Below the pieces are notes generated by a model that ran no database searches, was not told where the DNA came from, and worked only from the letters and a program-made list of their open reading frames with translations. Made by a program: the position numbers and the translations under genes. From Eledone cirrhosa (lineage: Eukaryota), in assembly GCA_964016885.1 (NCBI GenBank), contig OZ024750.1:3224001-3288000 (forward strand): 64,000 nucleotides of DNA, read 5' to 3'. Numbering within the stretch: position 1 is the stretch's first letter; each line of letters begins with the position of its first letter. Positions 1 through 13,030 of this stretch are shown here, in pieces.

Positions 1-591
1 TTGTCATTTTATAGTGATGTCATTGTGGATTGAGTACAAGATGATAGCAGCTCACTTACCCTCAATGATGCTGAACAGAAAAACACACGAGAATGTCACT
101 AAGAGAGGTTGTTAAATGAAAAGAATACATTGGGGTGAGAGAGTGTATGGCAAGTAGGTAGACTCTACAGCAGAACTAGCCATATATTCACTGGGTTTCC
201 TTACTTTTGGGTCTGCTGTAGGCTTATAAGTGTTCTTTTAATGCTGCAACGTAATATTATAATTGTACACAGACTAATTAATATATATATTTAATATAGA
301 AATGGTTTCTACAGGACTAGAACTGTTTCATTCGAAAGAAATCATATATATATATATATATAAAGAAATCATATATATATATATATATAACTTTAAGAGT
401 AAGTCACTGAACAATATGTATATCTTATGGGGGTTAGGTAAACTGAAGGGCTGCCCCGGGTGGCACACACTCTAGCTACGTCACTGATGAGGGAGAGTAA
501 CAACTTACTAATTACAGGCATCTCAGCTCAGCTTTTGAAAGGATTAATAGTAATACAAACACAATATAACATATGTGTTTAATAGTTTTAC

Positions 592-736
592 CTTATGTTG
601 CTCCACTTGATTTTTAATAGTTTCCAAATCACATCCAATTAGTTGTTGGTTTAATGTTGTCTGTTCCATTTGAGTAAGCCAGTTATCAAGTTCTTTTAAC
701 TGTTCATGTTGTAATTCCATTAATACTTGCTGTAAT
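592..736 (-). CDS. DMD: Dystrophin exon 12 equivalent (spectrin repeat 2); the gene continues beyond position 1
   Basis: aattttag|A TTA...AAG|gtaaaa; 145 nt, phase 2-0; LQQVLMELQHEQLKELDNWLTQMEQ...DLETIKNQVEQHK. Confidence 0.96.
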
Positions 737-1373
737 CTAAAATTAATGAAGTAGTTACCATGAATTCAAGTAAGAAATAGCATTGTTATATAGTATGTAT
801 ATATGTATTTATAGTATCATTACTCCTGATAAAGTCGTAAGGGTGCCATATTAACTAAAAGTGTTTCTTGGGCAATTTAAGCCTGGCGGAGCCCGTCCCT
901 TTCCAGGCCTGAGTATATCAGATTTCTTCCAGAGAAAGACAGAAAGTGAGAGAGAGGAAATGAGAAAGAAATATAGAGGAAGAATCGACCCTAGAACTAG
1001 TACTGTTATATAGTAACAAAGTTAATTGTAAAATAAGAAAAGTTTATTCGAATAGTTCTCAAAAAATGCATTTTATAATCCTTATCAGTAAAATGAATAA
1101 TTCAAGTGCATGTTATTTTTTGGGGGGGTATTTTTTGCAACTTAATGACTAGAAATTGCTTTGTAGGGGTCACAATGGAAACAATTCCTGGTATGACATA
1201 AAACATCAATTTAATTAGTTTTATACATCTCTAACCCCACGCCTCAGTACAATAAAATTCTTCTCCTTAAACCCTGAGAAAATGAAATAAAAATAAAATT
1301 TAACCATAACAAGCAGAGATGGTTAATTTTTGATATGTCTTTCTATATATATATATATCAATCAACTTCTAAT

Positions 1374-1409
<36 letters not shown>

Positions 1410-1414
<5 letters not shown>

Positions 1415-1491
1415 GGTTATTCAAAAAGAATGAAATGATTTCATTCTTTTTGCACCATGAAATCGGTTCATTCTTTTTGAATAACCCTGTA
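1410..1491. mobile_element. Tiny Tc1/mariner-type MITE in (TA)n
   Basis: TA-CAGGGTTATTCAAAAAGAATGAA...TTCATTCTTTTTGAATAACCCTG-TA. Confidence 0.8.
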
Positions 1492-2187
1492 TATATATCA
1501 TCATTGTCCTAAAAGTTTGGTACTAGGACAACAGCTATACTAGAATAAAATATTTTATAAAAATAAGACTCGTTCTACATTTGAGTATTCCTTTGAGAGT
1601 ATTAAAGCGATAAGCATCAATGACCCATAAGTACTTCAGCATCATTGTTAGACTGGCACAAGACCAAGAATATCAAAGATGGCAGATTTTTTTGGCATCC
1701 CACCTTGATACATAAGGACAGGTGTGAAACTGTGCAACAGGTGTATTCTTCAACATACTAATCACCATATGTCTAATTCTACCACCTAACAGGTTTTTTG
1801 GTTTGTTTTTTCAACATGTCCATTAAGTTAATGTGATACTGTCTAACTTCACTCCGCAGCTCATATTAAATGGTTTTAACAAGCTTTGTTGTAACCAATA
1901 GCATTTAACATATTTTCTCACATAACATCATAAACGATATCAAACAAAGGCTGGCCAACTATCTCAACAATTTCTAAAGATATTAACTCTCCTCCCTCAC
2001 CCACCCCCAACCACACACACATCACTATAAGCGCCATGTCTTCATGAAAAGTTGTCCAACGGAACTCTACCTTATCACACAATCACTTCCATCTTTACAT
2101 AACTCGTATCTTAAATTTATTTCAACACATTCTATTCTAACAATTATGTACGAATCCTGTTCCAACTAAAAATTTGTACTCCCCTAT

Positions 2188-2305
2188 ATGTGATTCCATC
2201 TGTTTTCCCCTACATGTGATTCCATCTATTTTCCCCTCCATGTGATTCCATCTGTTTTCCCCTACATGTGATTCCGTCTATTTTCCCCTCCATGTGATTC
2301 CATTT
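2188..2305. repeat. 26-bp tandem repeat x4.5
   Basis: atgtgattccatctgttttcccctac alternating with ...ctattttcccctcc. Confidence 0.9.
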
Positions 2306-2739
2306 ATTTTCAAAATTGTACCATATTCCTTCGGAAAGACACTGCCTATGATTTTCAAATAATTTTGAAAATAATAAGAATTTGGAGGGATTTAACAATA
2401 TAACTAACTCGTTACTAAGCTGATGTCTTACATACAATTATGATGGAAACTTTTTAGATAAACGTAAACATTTTAACACTTTACAATAAACAGTTTTGTA
2501 TCCTAGAAACATGGCCAGTTTCTGGCAATTTGGTATTAAATGATGTATCGCGGTTAAAATAGGTTCAAAAGATAAGTTAAATGTACATTTATAACAATTC
2601 CTAAGAACAGGTAAGGTGATAAGAATGAATAATAACCATAGAAATATAATGAGTATATAGTATCAAACAAGACGCCCATAATAGCTGCACACATATACAA
2701 CACAAACTATAAACATCTACACAAACATAACACACACAC

Positions 2740-2899
2740 ATAGACACACACACACAAATAAAATAGACACACACACCCATAAACACACACACAAATAAAA
2801 TAGATACACACACCCATAAACACACACAAATAAAATAGATACACACACCCATAAACACACACAAATAAAATAGATACACACACCCATAAACACACACAA
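2740..2899. repeat. ~35-bp minisatellite just downstream of an exon donor
   Basis: cacacacaaataaaatagatacacacacccataaa x4. Confidence 0.9.
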
Positions 2900-2906
2900 A
2901 GCTTAC

Positions 2907-3088
2907 TTTGTTTGACGGCTCAAAGCTTTTAAGCGCAACTCTTCCCAGCGGTTATTCAACAATGCCATTTGTATTCTAATTTCATGCTCTTCTTCTTTGT
3001 TGACTTTCTTATCAGTTATCAAGTCTGTACCTTCTTTGAGAACACTCCCTACACTGTCTTGATGTTTTGTAAGATCAAGCATAAACTC
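2907..3088 (-). CDS. DMD: Dystrophin exon 11 equivalent (spectrin repeat 1)
   Basis: tttttttag|GAG...ACA AA|gtaagc; 182 nt, phase 0-2; EFMLDLTKHQDSVGSVLKEG...QMALLNNRWEELRLKALSRQT(K). Confidence 0.97.
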
Positions 3089-3299
3089 CTAAAAAAAAAT
3101 AGAGTGAAATATATGAATGAAATAAGTAAACATAAGCAAAGATATTTCATAGAAAAGTATTGGAGTGGCTCTAAACACAAGTAATGTTGTGTTGAATAAC
3201 TTGGAGCTAATGTGAAATCTTCAATACAATATAAATAATCTGTTAAATAAAATATTACAGGCAGAATAGTTACATTGTTAAAATGTTAGGTGTATTACA

Positions 3300-4032
3300 A
3301 TATTACAGGAATATAAACTAGAATATATAGGTATGTTGTTACTATAGAATATATAGTTATGTTATAGAATATATAGTTATGTTGTTAATATAGAATATAT
3401 TGTTATGTTGTTAATATAGAATATATTGTTATGTTGTTAATATAGAATATATTGTTATGTTATAGAATATATAGTTATGTTATAGAATATATAGTTATGT
3501 TATAGAATATATAGTTATGTTATTAATATTTTGGGTATATTGTAGGAATATAAACTAGAATATATAGACATGGAGGATGACCGCTGGGTAAAGAAGTGCC
3601 AAGAAATTCCAGTAGAAGGAAGCGCAGTAGAGGAAGACCACGGAAAACATGGGTGGAGGTGGTGAGGGCAGACTTCAAATCGCTGAAGCTCACAGAGGAG
3701 ATGACAAAGGGCCGTGACAAGTGGAGAGATGCTGTGCTGAATAGGACCCGTCCTGCCCTTGCAAGCAGGGAAAAGTGGACGTATGATGATGATGATGATG
3801 TTAATATGTTGGGTATCATCATCATTTAATGTCTATCTTCCACGCTAGCATGGGTTTAGACGGGATATTGTAGGAATATAAACTAGAATATATAGGTATG
3901 TTGTAGGTATATAAATTAGAAGATATAGTTATGTTGTTAATATGTTACAATATTACAGGAATATAAACTAGAAGATATAGTTATGTTGTTAATATGTTAC
4001 AATATTACAGGAATATAAACTAGAAGATATAG
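3300..4032. repeat. AT-rich degenerate minisatellite interrupted by RTE pieces
   Basis: tatagaatatatagttatgt units and repeated ggaatataaactagaa. Confidence 0.8.
3569..3800 (+). mobile_element. 5'-truncated RTE-clade LINE 3' end
   Basis: MEDDRWVKKCQEIPVE../RSRGRPRKTWVEVVRADFKSLKLTEEMTKGRDKWRDAV; (GAT)n tail. Confidence 0.85.
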
Positions 4033-4199
4033 ACAAGAGTAAAAGGAACATATTGTCTTGTTCTTAACTTAGGGTCATCATTTAACATCTGTTTTGTTTG
4101 CTAGCAAGGGTTAGATATATCCTTACAGACTGGTCAGTAATGAAACAGAGCCACTGATCTCTCCGATGGGTCAGGTACCCACATCTTACTTACGTACAT

Positions 4200-4480
4200 T
4201 CTCATACTCTATTGATTGCTCCGATAGGCCAGAGCCCAACATACAATCCCACATTCTACTGAGTAGATTTTACCATGTAGTAGGTTTGAGGAGTTAGATA
4301 CAATATGGTTAATGAAAGAAAGAGGAGTGATTCAAGAATGACTGAGTTGAAGCAAGCATGACCAGTCAGCCAGTTCTGAGGAGCAGAGGTCATTGTAGTA
4401 GCTATAAAAAAGGTAAAGAGATGCCACAGCATATCTATAGGCCAGAGGTTGGAATGTGTTTGTGAGAATGTTTCCTAAAT
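4200..4480 (-). mobile_element. Degenerate CR1-group LINE C-terminal remnant
   Basis: LTNTFQPLAYRYAVASLYLFYSYYNDLCSSELA resembles the LQPLxHRRxVASLxLFYRYY...CSxEL motif. Confidence 0.55.
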
Positions 4481-4936
4481 AATTATCAAAGAGACAGATA
4501 TTACATGTTTGTGCATAAATTAACTGATTGTTAATGAACAAGGAGTTCCCCATCACAAGTTTTGCTTGCATATATTTTTATCTGGTCTATACAGATTCAT
4601 TGTACACATACCATTTCACTTGACCCTTTAGCATTTAAACCGGCCATATCTGGCTAGAGTTCTCTCACCTCTTTAGGTGGTTGAGTATTCCACAGACACA
4701 TGTTCCTTTAACATAATTCTCAGGGAGATTCAGCTGGGCCTTTGAATTACAGATAGTACATCCAGCTGACTTTCAATCAGTTCCCATTTATCCAATTTCA
4801 CCACCAAGACTTAGGGTAACCCAAGGCTATGATAAAATACATTTTCCTAAGATACTACACAGTGAGTTTGAACCTGGAAACTAATGATTGTGAAATGAAT
4901 GTCTTAACCATTCGGCCACGCTACATCCAATTTATT

Positions 4937-5139
4937 TATGAGGATAGGCTGTAAAGTTCATACACTGACTATGAAGAGTGATGATGCTAGAGCTGTGAAA
5001 TCTTGCAAGCATTAATTTCAACTCTTTTTATTAATAACTGCATTGTTTATTTCCAAGGACCATGTTGAAAAATAAACCTCATTTGGTCATCCCATGAGAG
5101 TATCTTGGTCAGCCTATGAACTTTTCAGCCGACCTACAT
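4937..5139. mobile_element. mariner-type MITE (~200 bp); other copies at ~13880-14082, 22844-23073, 46690-46855, 52197-52434, 55465-55542
   Basis: TIRs GAGGGTTGGCTGAAAAGTTCATAGGCTGAC / GTCAGCCTATGAACTTTTCAGCCGACCCTC with TA ends; shared interior gctagagctgtgaaatcttgc. Confidence 0.75.
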
Positions 5140-5848
5140 GTTATTCAGAAATTTATTTATATAAAATATATCCTTAGCTTAAAGAGTTTGACAATGACAC
5201 AGTTTCTCAAATGTCTCCAGTTACTGCTATTGTGTACTTCCATATTTATTTTTTTAGAATTAAGCATGAATTAAAAAAAAAGAGGGAAAAAGCTTATTTT
5301 AATTACTTGACAGAAATTTTGTTTTAAAAGATTTTGAAAACTATGTTGTAAGAATTCAATTTCATTTATAGCAAAATAAACATTTGGTTGGCTACTTTTA
5401 ATCCTGGATCACTTTCATAATTAGGGTTAGTGTAGGGGTAGGTGTAGGTGTATGGGTGGGAGGCAGGGAACTATACCAATCTATGACAGCAAAAAAACAT
5501 GTTGAACAGTTTTCATTTAATTCCATAGATTTAATGTTTCCTATGTTTTGTTATTTTATTTTGATTTTATTTTTCCTTTTTAAATAATCTTAAATAATCA
5601 GAGGAATGTTTCTGATTTAGGTACAAGGCCAACAAATTTGGGGGGAGGAGAAAGCCAATTAAATCCACCCCAGTACATTACTTTATTTTATCGACCCTGT
5701 AAGGATGAAAGGCAAAGCTAACCTTGGCAGGATTTGAACTCAGAACTCAGATGAAGTATTATTAATATATTTCAAGTGATAAGAATGGGATAAACCTCAA
5801 AAGAAAAATGTTAGACTGCAACAATCAATCGTACAAGTTCTTGTTTTA

Positions 5849-6088
5849 TTAACCCTTTTGATACCAACTCAGCCCAGTCAAAACCGGCCCTGGTTCTATG
5901 AAAGCCATCCATTTCAAACAATTCCTATATAAATTTATATCTTCCAACATGATATTATACAAGAACCATATCTGAAGTTATTATATTAGGAATGAAATAA
6001 TTAATCATTTGAGTAAATCCTTCAAAATTCTGCATTAATTAATCAAAAGAGAGTATATTTCATTACAAATATGTTCATGAAGGGTTAA
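5849..6088 (+). mobile_element. piggyBac-type MITE family B
   Basis: TTAA-CCCTTTTGATACC...GAAGGG-TTAA; related copies near 14968-15204, 29497-29952, 37982-38213, 54041-54303. Confidence 0.75.
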
Positions 6089-7094
6089 AAAAATTTCAAA
6101 TTCATATCATCACATTTGATTTTTTATTTCTTAAATAATATTAAACATAGGCTATTAAAATATAGAAATTTATGGTTACTCTTATATAATAATGTTATCA
6201 AAGACTTATGTAAACACCCAACATTTTTATATATATGTAGAAGTGAAATCAAGAAAATAACCCCTTAATATATTTTTTAATAAACTTTAGTTTGTATAGA
6301 AGATGCTAAAATATAAACTTTCTAACAATCAAAAATGAAAGAGAGTAACTCTTTAGTATTTCATTTTATTCCAATATTTCAAATTTTCTGATGGATGTTT
6401 TGAAAACTGACAATGTTAGAAGTTTATTGAAATAATGAACACATGAAGAAATTTAATATAAATTCTAGTTACATCTATAAGAGGAGTAGTTACCAATTTA
6501 ACTGGATTAGTTTTATATGTAAGTAGTTTTATATATTTATATAATGGCTGTGTATATCTGATTTAAAACAGATACACTGTGTGTCGTAAGAAGTGACTAA
6601 AAGGGTTGGTATGAAGAAGGGCATCCAGTTGTAAAACTGCCTCTAATAAATCCCATCCAACTCATGGAAAAGTCGCTGTAAAAACAACACACACAGACCC
6701 ACCACACAAATATATATTACATACATAAATATTCTCTTTCGTTTGTTCCAGCCACCAGAGTGAGGCCATACTGTAACAGCCATCATCTAACACGTGTATA
6801 TAAACACGTCTAACATGTGTATACAAACATGTTTAACATGTGTATACAAACACACACACGTATATCATTAAATTAAAGGTTGTCAATATATACTGACATA
6901 ATAATTCCCGATATAATACGTTACACACACCTTCAGTTTCTTATTTCACATTTCAGGCACTTTTTATATAAACAGAATATTTTTCATATAAAATACCAGA
7001 AACATTTAATAGATTCAGAGTTCTAATTCACTTTAATGTTCAGCCAACACATTGAATTGAGTATTAAACTATTTCTATATATATGAGGGGTAAA

Positions 7095-7366
7095 CTGTAG
7101 TGTGCAGGAGAGAAGACTGCGTTGGTATGGACATGTGATGCGCATGGAAGATGACAGCTGGGTGAAGAAGTGCCAAGAAATCCCAGTGGAAGACACAGTA
7201 GAGGAAGGCCATGAAAAACATGGGCGGAGGTGGTGAGAGCCTACTTCAGAATATTGAAGCTCACAGAGGAGATGACAAGGGACCGAGACAAATGGAGAGA
7301 TGCTGTGCTGAAGAGGACCTGTCCCACCCTTGCTAGCAGGGAAAAGCGGACGTAAAATGATGATGA
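7095..7366 (+). mobile_element. 5'-truncated RTE-clade LINE 3' end (same family, frameshifted)
   Basis: VQERRLRWYGHVMRMEDDSWVKKCQEIPVE (RLRWxGHV motif); tail ggacgtaaaatgatgatgat. Confidence 0.87.
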
Positions 7367-7770
7367 TATACACACACACACTTGTACAGCACACCATTCC
7401 TTTAGCACTTTCATTACCATATTTCTGTTGAGATATACTGTCTATGTTTTCAAATTAATTTTGAAAATAAAATATTTAGATTTAATAAATGTAAGCTGGC
7501 ATATAGAACACACCTTAACAAAATATTCAAAGATAAAACTTATGATCAGTTTTAGTCTAAATACGAGCATTTTAAAAAGGGCAGCTGTATGTCATAGAAC
7601 CAGGGGCCAGTCCTGGATGGGTTGGTATTAGAAGGGTTACTTACAACATATAAAACAATTAAGACATCTTTAGTTTCAATAATTTACTTATTTATTTCAT
7701 TAATACTCATTCATTTATTACAGACCCAGTCAGAAATGTAAGGCCACTCTTTCAATCAGCAATATATTGT

Positions 7771-7998
7771 TTAACCCTTTACAATTTACATTACTCTATA
7801 TTTACTATTGTATTTTCACGGTAAAATCTTTACCTCACATAATTATCTCACATAATATCAAATCTATGGGATTTTTATATCATTTATTTGAGTACAATAC
7901 CATCACAAAAGTATGATCGTCCGGTTACAGCTGGTTTAAACAGAATGAGGTGAGAGAATTCTGGCCGGATATGGCCGGTTTAAATGCTAAAGGTTTAA
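7771..7998 (-). mobile_element. piggyBac-type non-autonomous MITE, family A (reverse orientation)
   Basis: TTAA flanks, CCCTTTA...TAAAGG terminal inverted repeats (TIRs), ~220 bp, at least 11 related copies in the window. Confidence 0.85.
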
Positions 7999-8069
7999 TG
8001 AAGAACAATTGAAGTAATACAAACATAAAGTGAAAGCTACAGGTGTTTATTGATAAAATATCTACTTAC

Positions 8070-8321
8070 TTCATGTTCATTAAATTGTTGCTTAACCTCT
8101 GTAACCCCAGGCATGTCAGATGCACCACCACCACCACTAGCTGAGTATGGGATACTTTCTAGAACAGGTTCTTGTTTTGCAATCACTTCCTCTGCTTCCA
8201 GTAGCCATGCTAAAACATTCTCTAACATGTCCTGATAGGAGAGGAGATCAAGAGAGCTGGTGCTCATGGTGCTAGTCCGGCTTGAAGTACTAGAACTGCC
8301 ACTACTAACAGACATCAGTGA
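8070..8321 (-). CDS. DMD: Dystrophin exon: hinge 1 end plus start of spectrin repeat 1 (exon 10 equivalent)
   Basis: cttttcag|TCA...GAA|gtaagt; 252 nt, phase 0-0; ...LDLLSYQDMLENVLAWLLEAEEVIAKQ...EVKQQFNEHE versus human NLDRYQTALEEVLSWLLSAE...VKDQFHTHE. Confidence 0.95.
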
Positions 8322-8434
8322 CTGAAAAGTGACATATACACAACAAAAGTAATTAGCAACTTTCATAGATTAAAGAACGGTTGTTAAAATGAATATGAAA
8401 TAAACAAAAGATTATATATACAAACATCCTATAT

Positions 8435-8469
<35 letters not shown>

Positions 8470-9786
8470 AGTAAATTATGCTCTAATTAATACCTACATG
8501 CTTTCTGTTGAAGTAGCCATCCAAAATGTTTTGAAAGAAATGTTTTCATAACAACATGTTTTCACTGTTGGAAATCACTGACAGGATTTTGTTTTTAAAC
8601 AGAAAAAAAAGTCTCTTCTTCTAAGAGAACAAACAGTGAAAGCAGTAACAGCATTTAGTGAGAAGACAAACAAAATAATCCAGGGTACTACTAATGTTCT
8701 GCTTGTCCACCAGAAGTCAGCTGCTTGTTATAAATACAACAAAACCCAACAGAAATAACCATTGCTATCTTTATATTCTCTTCATTCAAATATATCTAAA
8801 GAGAGTGGTAGCAGTCTGAAAATAGTCCAGTACTGCCAGGAAGTAGAGATAATCTCTTTGCTGTTATAGGCTAGCTACCCTATCAAGTTTCTACATACTC
8901 CTTTACCACCCTCCTTCCTTCTTTCTCACCCTCTCTCTCTCTCTATCTACTACTAGTCAATTACTGACTCTCACCTTCTTCTCAAACGTTCACTCCACAC
9001 ACCCACTCATAAGAGAAAGATAGAGACACAAACAAACATAGACAGAGAGAGAGGTGTGTCTAGTTGTAGGCAATTCAACATACATTACTGAGTTTAGCAG
9101 AAGTTTGAGAACACATGGCTGGCTACCTTTAACAGCTTACATTTAAATTAATATTTCATACATAAATAATATAATTGTTTCCAATTATTTCCATTGTCAA
9201 AGAGAACTTGTAAAACTAACTTTTACTACAACACAGAGCTGCATTAACAAGCTCAGGAAAAGTACAAAACTACTCACTATATCCCATTGTTTTAGTTTAC
9301 TACACATTTTCACAATGGTTTTCTAGTAAACACTATTATAAACATTTGAATTCACAAACCCATTTTAGGATATTTTCTGCTAGATCCTTATAGGATATTA
9401 AAAGTTAAGGTAATAGAGGCCCATTCTAAGGATTTGGGACTTACAGGGAGAGTGGAGAGGTTGCTTTAGAACATTCTTGGTGGACGCAGTAATACACAAT
9501 AATTCTAAGGTGGAGTTTCTGAATAAACATATCACCGGAAGTTTAATTTCTAAAAATGAGGGTGCACCACCATTGGAAAAGTAGCTGTAACAGCTGGGAC
9601 CAACATTGTGATGTCATATACTGTCAGTCATATGAAACCAGAATAAGTTCCTGCCTGCTGAGCCTCCAGTGTTGAGAAGGGTATTAACCCTTTCAAACTG
9701 GTGTTTGGAACATAACTTAAAGATTCCTACCTAAAGTGTTTACTGAAATTTGCTGAGCTAAAAACTATCAAAGAAAATGTCTTTAC

Positions 9787-9918
9787 CTCAGCTGCAACAG
9801 GATTCAAAGCTTCGTTGTGTGCTTTGTCCATACACTTCACACTTATCTTATTTACATCATCTTCAGAAATTGAAGAACTGGATTCAGTAGTGACAGTTGC
9901 TATAGGTTGTTGTTGTTT

Positions 9919-9949
<31 letters not shown>

Positions 9950-10148
9950 GTAGTTATGCTTTTCTCATTCATACTTTTTGAAGCAGGAGCAGGTGAAATT
10001 AAAGTTGTTTCAAGCTCCAGGTTTTTATCCAAATCTAACTGAGCATTCGTTTGATTTGAGGAATTATTACTGGAATTTTGTAGGGCTTGAAATAAGCACA
10101 TTATATACATAATAATGCATTTCTTGTCAGGATTGTCAACGTTTACAT
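9787..10148 (-). CDS. DMD: Dystrophin exon: CH2 end plus low-complexity hinge 1 with polyQ
   Basis: ttattacag|AT GTA...GCT GAG|gtaaag; 362 nt, phase 1-0; (D)VNVDNPDKKCIIMYIMCLFQALQNS...Q10KQ3...NPVAAE. The donor was chosen for phase compatibility with the next exon. Confidence 0.9.
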
Positions 10149-10711
10149 CTGTAATAAAAGAAAAGAAAAAGTAAAATAATAAAAAATAAAGTCATATTAA
10201 TTTTTACTTCAGGCAAAAGCTCAGTTGATGAAATCACACCAAGTAATATAAAAAAAAATACACAATCACATCATCATTGTTTAACGTCCACTTTCCCTGT
10301 TAGCAAGGGTTGGACGGGTCTACATAGACCAAGTCAGTACTGAAGTGGAGCTACTTATCTCCCAGACAGGCTGAGAGGTCTGCATCTCACTTACATATGG
10401 TCATATGTTCTATTGAGTGCATAGGAGAAGTTGTCATGTTTTTTTACACAAACTGAAGGGTCCTCCCAAACCCTTGTTTCGCAAGTTTTCTATGGCTGGA
10501 TGCCCTTCCTTACAACAACCACTTTACAGAGTGTACTTGGTGTGTTTATCATGTAGATCACCAGTACTAGGAAGCCTGTCATGTCCTTGACACAACTAAA
10601 GGATCCTCCCAACACCTTCTTTGACAAACTTTCTATGACTTTATATTATACATTAAAATCTTAAAGAGGAAAAACAAAGATAGAAAGAAAGAAAGAAATA
10701 GTTCCACAAAC

Positions 10712-10827
10712 CTTCAGGATCCAATAATGGATCAATATTCAGGTGTTGGTGTGCAATATTGAATGCATGTGATAGATTATAGTAATTGTCTTTACCCAAA
10801 AGATCATCATATGAAAACAACTCAGAT
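10712..10827 (-). CDS. DMD: Dystrophin exon 7 equivalent (CH2)
   Basis: atttttag|A TCT...GAA G|gtttgt; 116 nt, phase 2-1; SELFSYDDLLGKDNYYNLSHAFNIAHQHLNIDPLLDPE(D). Confidence 0.95.
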
Positions 10828-10851
10828 CTAAAAATATAGATTTGAAATCTA

Positions 10852-13030
10852 ACATTATACTATATACAATACACTATACTATATACAATACACTATACTA
10901 TATACAATACATTATACTATATACAATACATTATACTATATACAGTACATTATACTATATACAATACATTATACTATTACAATACACTATACTATATACA
11001 ATACATTATACTATATACAGTACATTATACTATATACAGTACATTATACTATATACAATACATTATACTATTATAATACATTATACTATATATAATACAT
11101 TATACTATATACAATACATTATACTATTATAATACATTATACTATTATAATACATTATACTATTATAATACATTATACTATATACAATACATTATACTAT
11201 TATAATACATTATACTATATATAATACATTATACTATATATAATACATTATACTATATACAATACATTAGTTTACAATACATTATACTATTATAATACAT
11301 TATACTATATACAATACATTATACTATATACAATACATTATACTATATACAATACATTATACTATTATAATACATTATACTATTATAATACATTATACTA
11401 TATACAATACATTATACTATATACAATACATTATACTATATACAATACATTATACTATATACAATACATTATACTATATACAATACATTATACTATATAC
11501 AATACATTATACTATATACAATACATTATACTATTATAATACATTATACTATATACAATACATTATACTATATACAATACATTATACTATATACAATACA
11601 TTATACTATATACTATACATTATACTATATACAATACATACTATATACAATACATTATACTATTACAATACATTATACTATATACAATACATTATACTAT
11701 ATACAATACATACTATATACAATACTTATACTATTATAATACATTATACTATATACAATACATTATACTATATACAATACATTATACTATATACAATACA
11801 TTATACTATATACAATACATTATACTATATATAATACATTATACTATTATAATACATTATACTATATACAATACATTATACTATATACAATACATTATAC
11901 TATATACAATACATTATACTATATACTATACATTATACTATATACAATACATACTATATACAATACATTATACTATATATAATACATTATACTATATACA
12001 ATACATTATACTATTACAATACATTATACTATTATAATACATTATACTATATACAATACATTATACTATATACAATACATTATACTATATATAATACATT
12101 ATACTATATATAATACATTATACTATATACAATACATTATACTATTATAATACATTATGCTATATACAATACACTATACTATTATAATACATTATACTAT
12201 ATATAATACATTATACTATATACAATACATTATACTATATATAATACATTATACTATATATAATACATTATACTATTATAATACATTATACTATTATAAT
12301 ACATTATACTATTATAATACATTATACTATTATAATACATTATACTATTATAATACATTATACTATATACAATACTTTATACTATTATAATACATTATAC
12401 TATATACAATACTTTATACTATTATAATACATTATACTATATACAATACTTTATACTATTATAATACATTATACTATATATAATACATTATACGATATAC
12501 AATACTTATACTATTATAATACATTATACTATATATAATACATTATACTATTATAATACATTATACTATATACAATACTTATACTATATACAATATATTA
12601 TACTATATACAATACATTATACTATATACAATACTTATACTATTATAATACATTATACTATATATAATACATTATACTATTATAATACATTATACTATTA
12701 TAATACATTATACTATTATAATACATTATACTATATACAATACTTATACTATTATAATACATTATACTATTATAATACATTATACTATTATAATACATTA
12801 TACTATATATAATACATTATACTATTATAATACATTATACTATTATAATACATTATACTATATACAATACTTATACTATTATAATACATTATACTATTAT
12901 AATACATTATACTATTATAATACATTATACTATATACAATACTTATACTATTATAATACATTATACTATTATAATACATTATACTATTATAATACATTAT
13001 ACTATATACAATACTTATACTATTATAATA
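10852..13030. repeat. 2.2-kb AT-rich minisatellite with 18/19-bp units
   Basis: Interspersed aatacattatactatatac and aatacattatactattat; more than 100 copies. Confidence 0.97.

Noticed and set aside
9727-9786. Longer hinge exon using the donor at ~9730
   Set aside because: Ends in phase 2, incompatible with the phase-0 next exon
10852-13030. Telomeric or centromeric repeat
   Set aside because: Not TTAGGG-like; lies in an intron between in-frame exons
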